Shown here piece by piece: positions 63,159-64,000 of a DNA stretch of 64,000 nt. Made by a program: the position numbers and the translations under genes. The first letter of the stretch is position 1, and each line of letters opens with the position of its first letter. This DNA comes from a virus (taxonomy: Duplodnaviria > Caudoviricetes), in the IMG/VR virus record IMGVR_UViG_3300044693_000261, positions 39,349-103,348 of that record. One strand, 5' to 3'. The notes under the pieces were generated by a model that did no database searches, was not told the origin of the DNA, and saw only the letters and a program-made list of their open reading frames with translations.

Positions 63159-63199
63159 CGGAACGGGTCAAGCTTAGCCATGTCGCAAGGTTGGGTCAA
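63159..63199 (-). promoter_or_regulatory. Early-class promoter (TTGACC-N17-TAAGCT-N6-GTTCCG)
   Basis: Reverse-strand motif; spacer closely resembles the 1245 copy. Confidence 0.85.
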
Positions 63200-64000
63200 G
63201 CGGCCGGCGCGAACCATGTGCCGTAGCGGTCCCGATCACCATGACGATCCACCATGTCGTTCCACCACTGCCGCGCCTGGATCAGGCAGTACGAGCAGTC
63301 GGCGTGGGTGGCGGTGCAGTCGGGGTGTTTGATGTGCTCGTAGCGCGCCGCGAATGACCATGCCTGACTGTCGACCGAGTCCACGAGGTCGCCGTACAGC
63401 TTGAGCCCGTCGGTCTTCACGCCGAATCCGTGGATCGGCAAACCGGGGTCGCGGTCCCGCAGCGACGCCATGATGTCCCGGATCTCGCCGGTGTCCTGCC
63501 GCGTGCACACCGAGCCGACACCGACTACCGGAACGTTCGACACGTCGACGCCGGCATCCTCGAACATGTCCCAGCAGCGGTGATAGCTGGCCTCGTCGCT
63601 GCCCTGGAGTACGAGCATGAAAGGGTTTTCGCGCATCGGATCGTAGTTCACGGCCTCGTTCCACAGCCGCACCAGCTGGCCGTAGTTGGCCACGGTGAAC
63701 CGCTGGTGCTCCAGTTCGGTCAGGCCGGTGGCGGCCAAGATCTCGTCCTCGACCATCATGTCCTGCTGCGCGGCCCACGACAGATTTCCGATCTCGGTGT
63801 CGTAGCGCAGCACATCGGCGACGTACTGCTCCGGCGTGATCGTCCATCGGCCGTGCTGGCGCAGCTCGTTGAACCCGCGCGAGTCCAGCGCCCATGCACC
63901 GGTCGGCGGCGACTTCGGCAGCTTGTGCTTGAGCCGGCGCAACCGGCCGTAGCTGACGAACAGGGGAATGGTGGTGCGCCCGAGCCAGGCCGGCTCGGGC
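63196..64000 (-). CDS. DpdA / queuine tRNA-ribosyltransferase-like transglycosylase (5' end outside window)
   Basis: WALDSRGF, QDMMVE, VLQG, VGVGSVC.RQ, HGFGVK, SVDSQAWS, H..C..C motifs. Confidence 0.8.
   Translation of the reverse strand, partial: PEPAWLGRTTIPLFVSYGRLRRLKHKLPKSPPTGAWALDSRGFNELRQHGRWTITPEQYVADVLRYDTEIGNLSWAAQQDMMVEDEILAATGLTELEHQRFTVANYGQLVRLWNEAVNYDPMRENPFMLVLQGSDEASYHRCWDMFEDAGVDVSNVPVVGVGSVCTRQDTGEIRDIMASLRDRDPGLPIHGFGVKTDGLKLYGDLVDSVDSQAWSFAARYEHIKHPDCTATHADCSYCLIQARQWWNDMVDRHGDRDRYGTWFAPAA

Larger units (their letters stand above)
1..64000. mobile_element. Actinobacteriophage genome segment (contractile-tailed tailed phage or prophage)
   Basis: Capsid, protease, sheath, tube, tape measure, baseplate, lysis and replication genes in convergent arms; WhiB and high GC point to an actinobacterial host. 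Confidence 0.95.

Overview
High-GC actinobacteriophage DNA (contractile-tailed, myovirus-like). No integrase, terminase or portal is visible, so prophage versus lytic phage cannot be decided. 1-24.1 kb (+): tightly packed early/replication genes, including a host-like WhiB1, HExxH peptidase, HD phosphohydrolase, AEP/RepB' primase, Orn-like exonuclease, RecB/Cas4-like nuclease, UvrD-like helicase, VRR-NUC and many small Cys-rich or membrane ORFs. 24.1-64 kb (-): lysis cassette (holin, GH25 endolysin, no LysB), tail fibre/baseplate, tape measure, frameshifted tail chaperone, tube, sheath, neck, head-region fibres, HK97-type capsid, a 2272-aa prohead-protease fusion, a 2H-phosphoesterase polyprotein and a partial DpdA/TGT-like gene. 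Main observations: (i) an Acb2-like cyclic-nucleotide sponge and an Acb1-like 2H phosphoesterase both lie inside the head-assembly region, the latter in a polyprotein punctuated by the same E-x-K motifs seen in the capsid delta domain; (ii) 12 SigA-type promoters all carry GTTCCG exactly 6 nt after the -10 box; (iii) promoter-ORF-terminator cassettes end in a 50-bp covarying repeat next to the capsid gene; (iv) a separate TG(G/C)GACGAT motif precedes structural genes. All protein calls come from motif recognition by eye; no database search was run.
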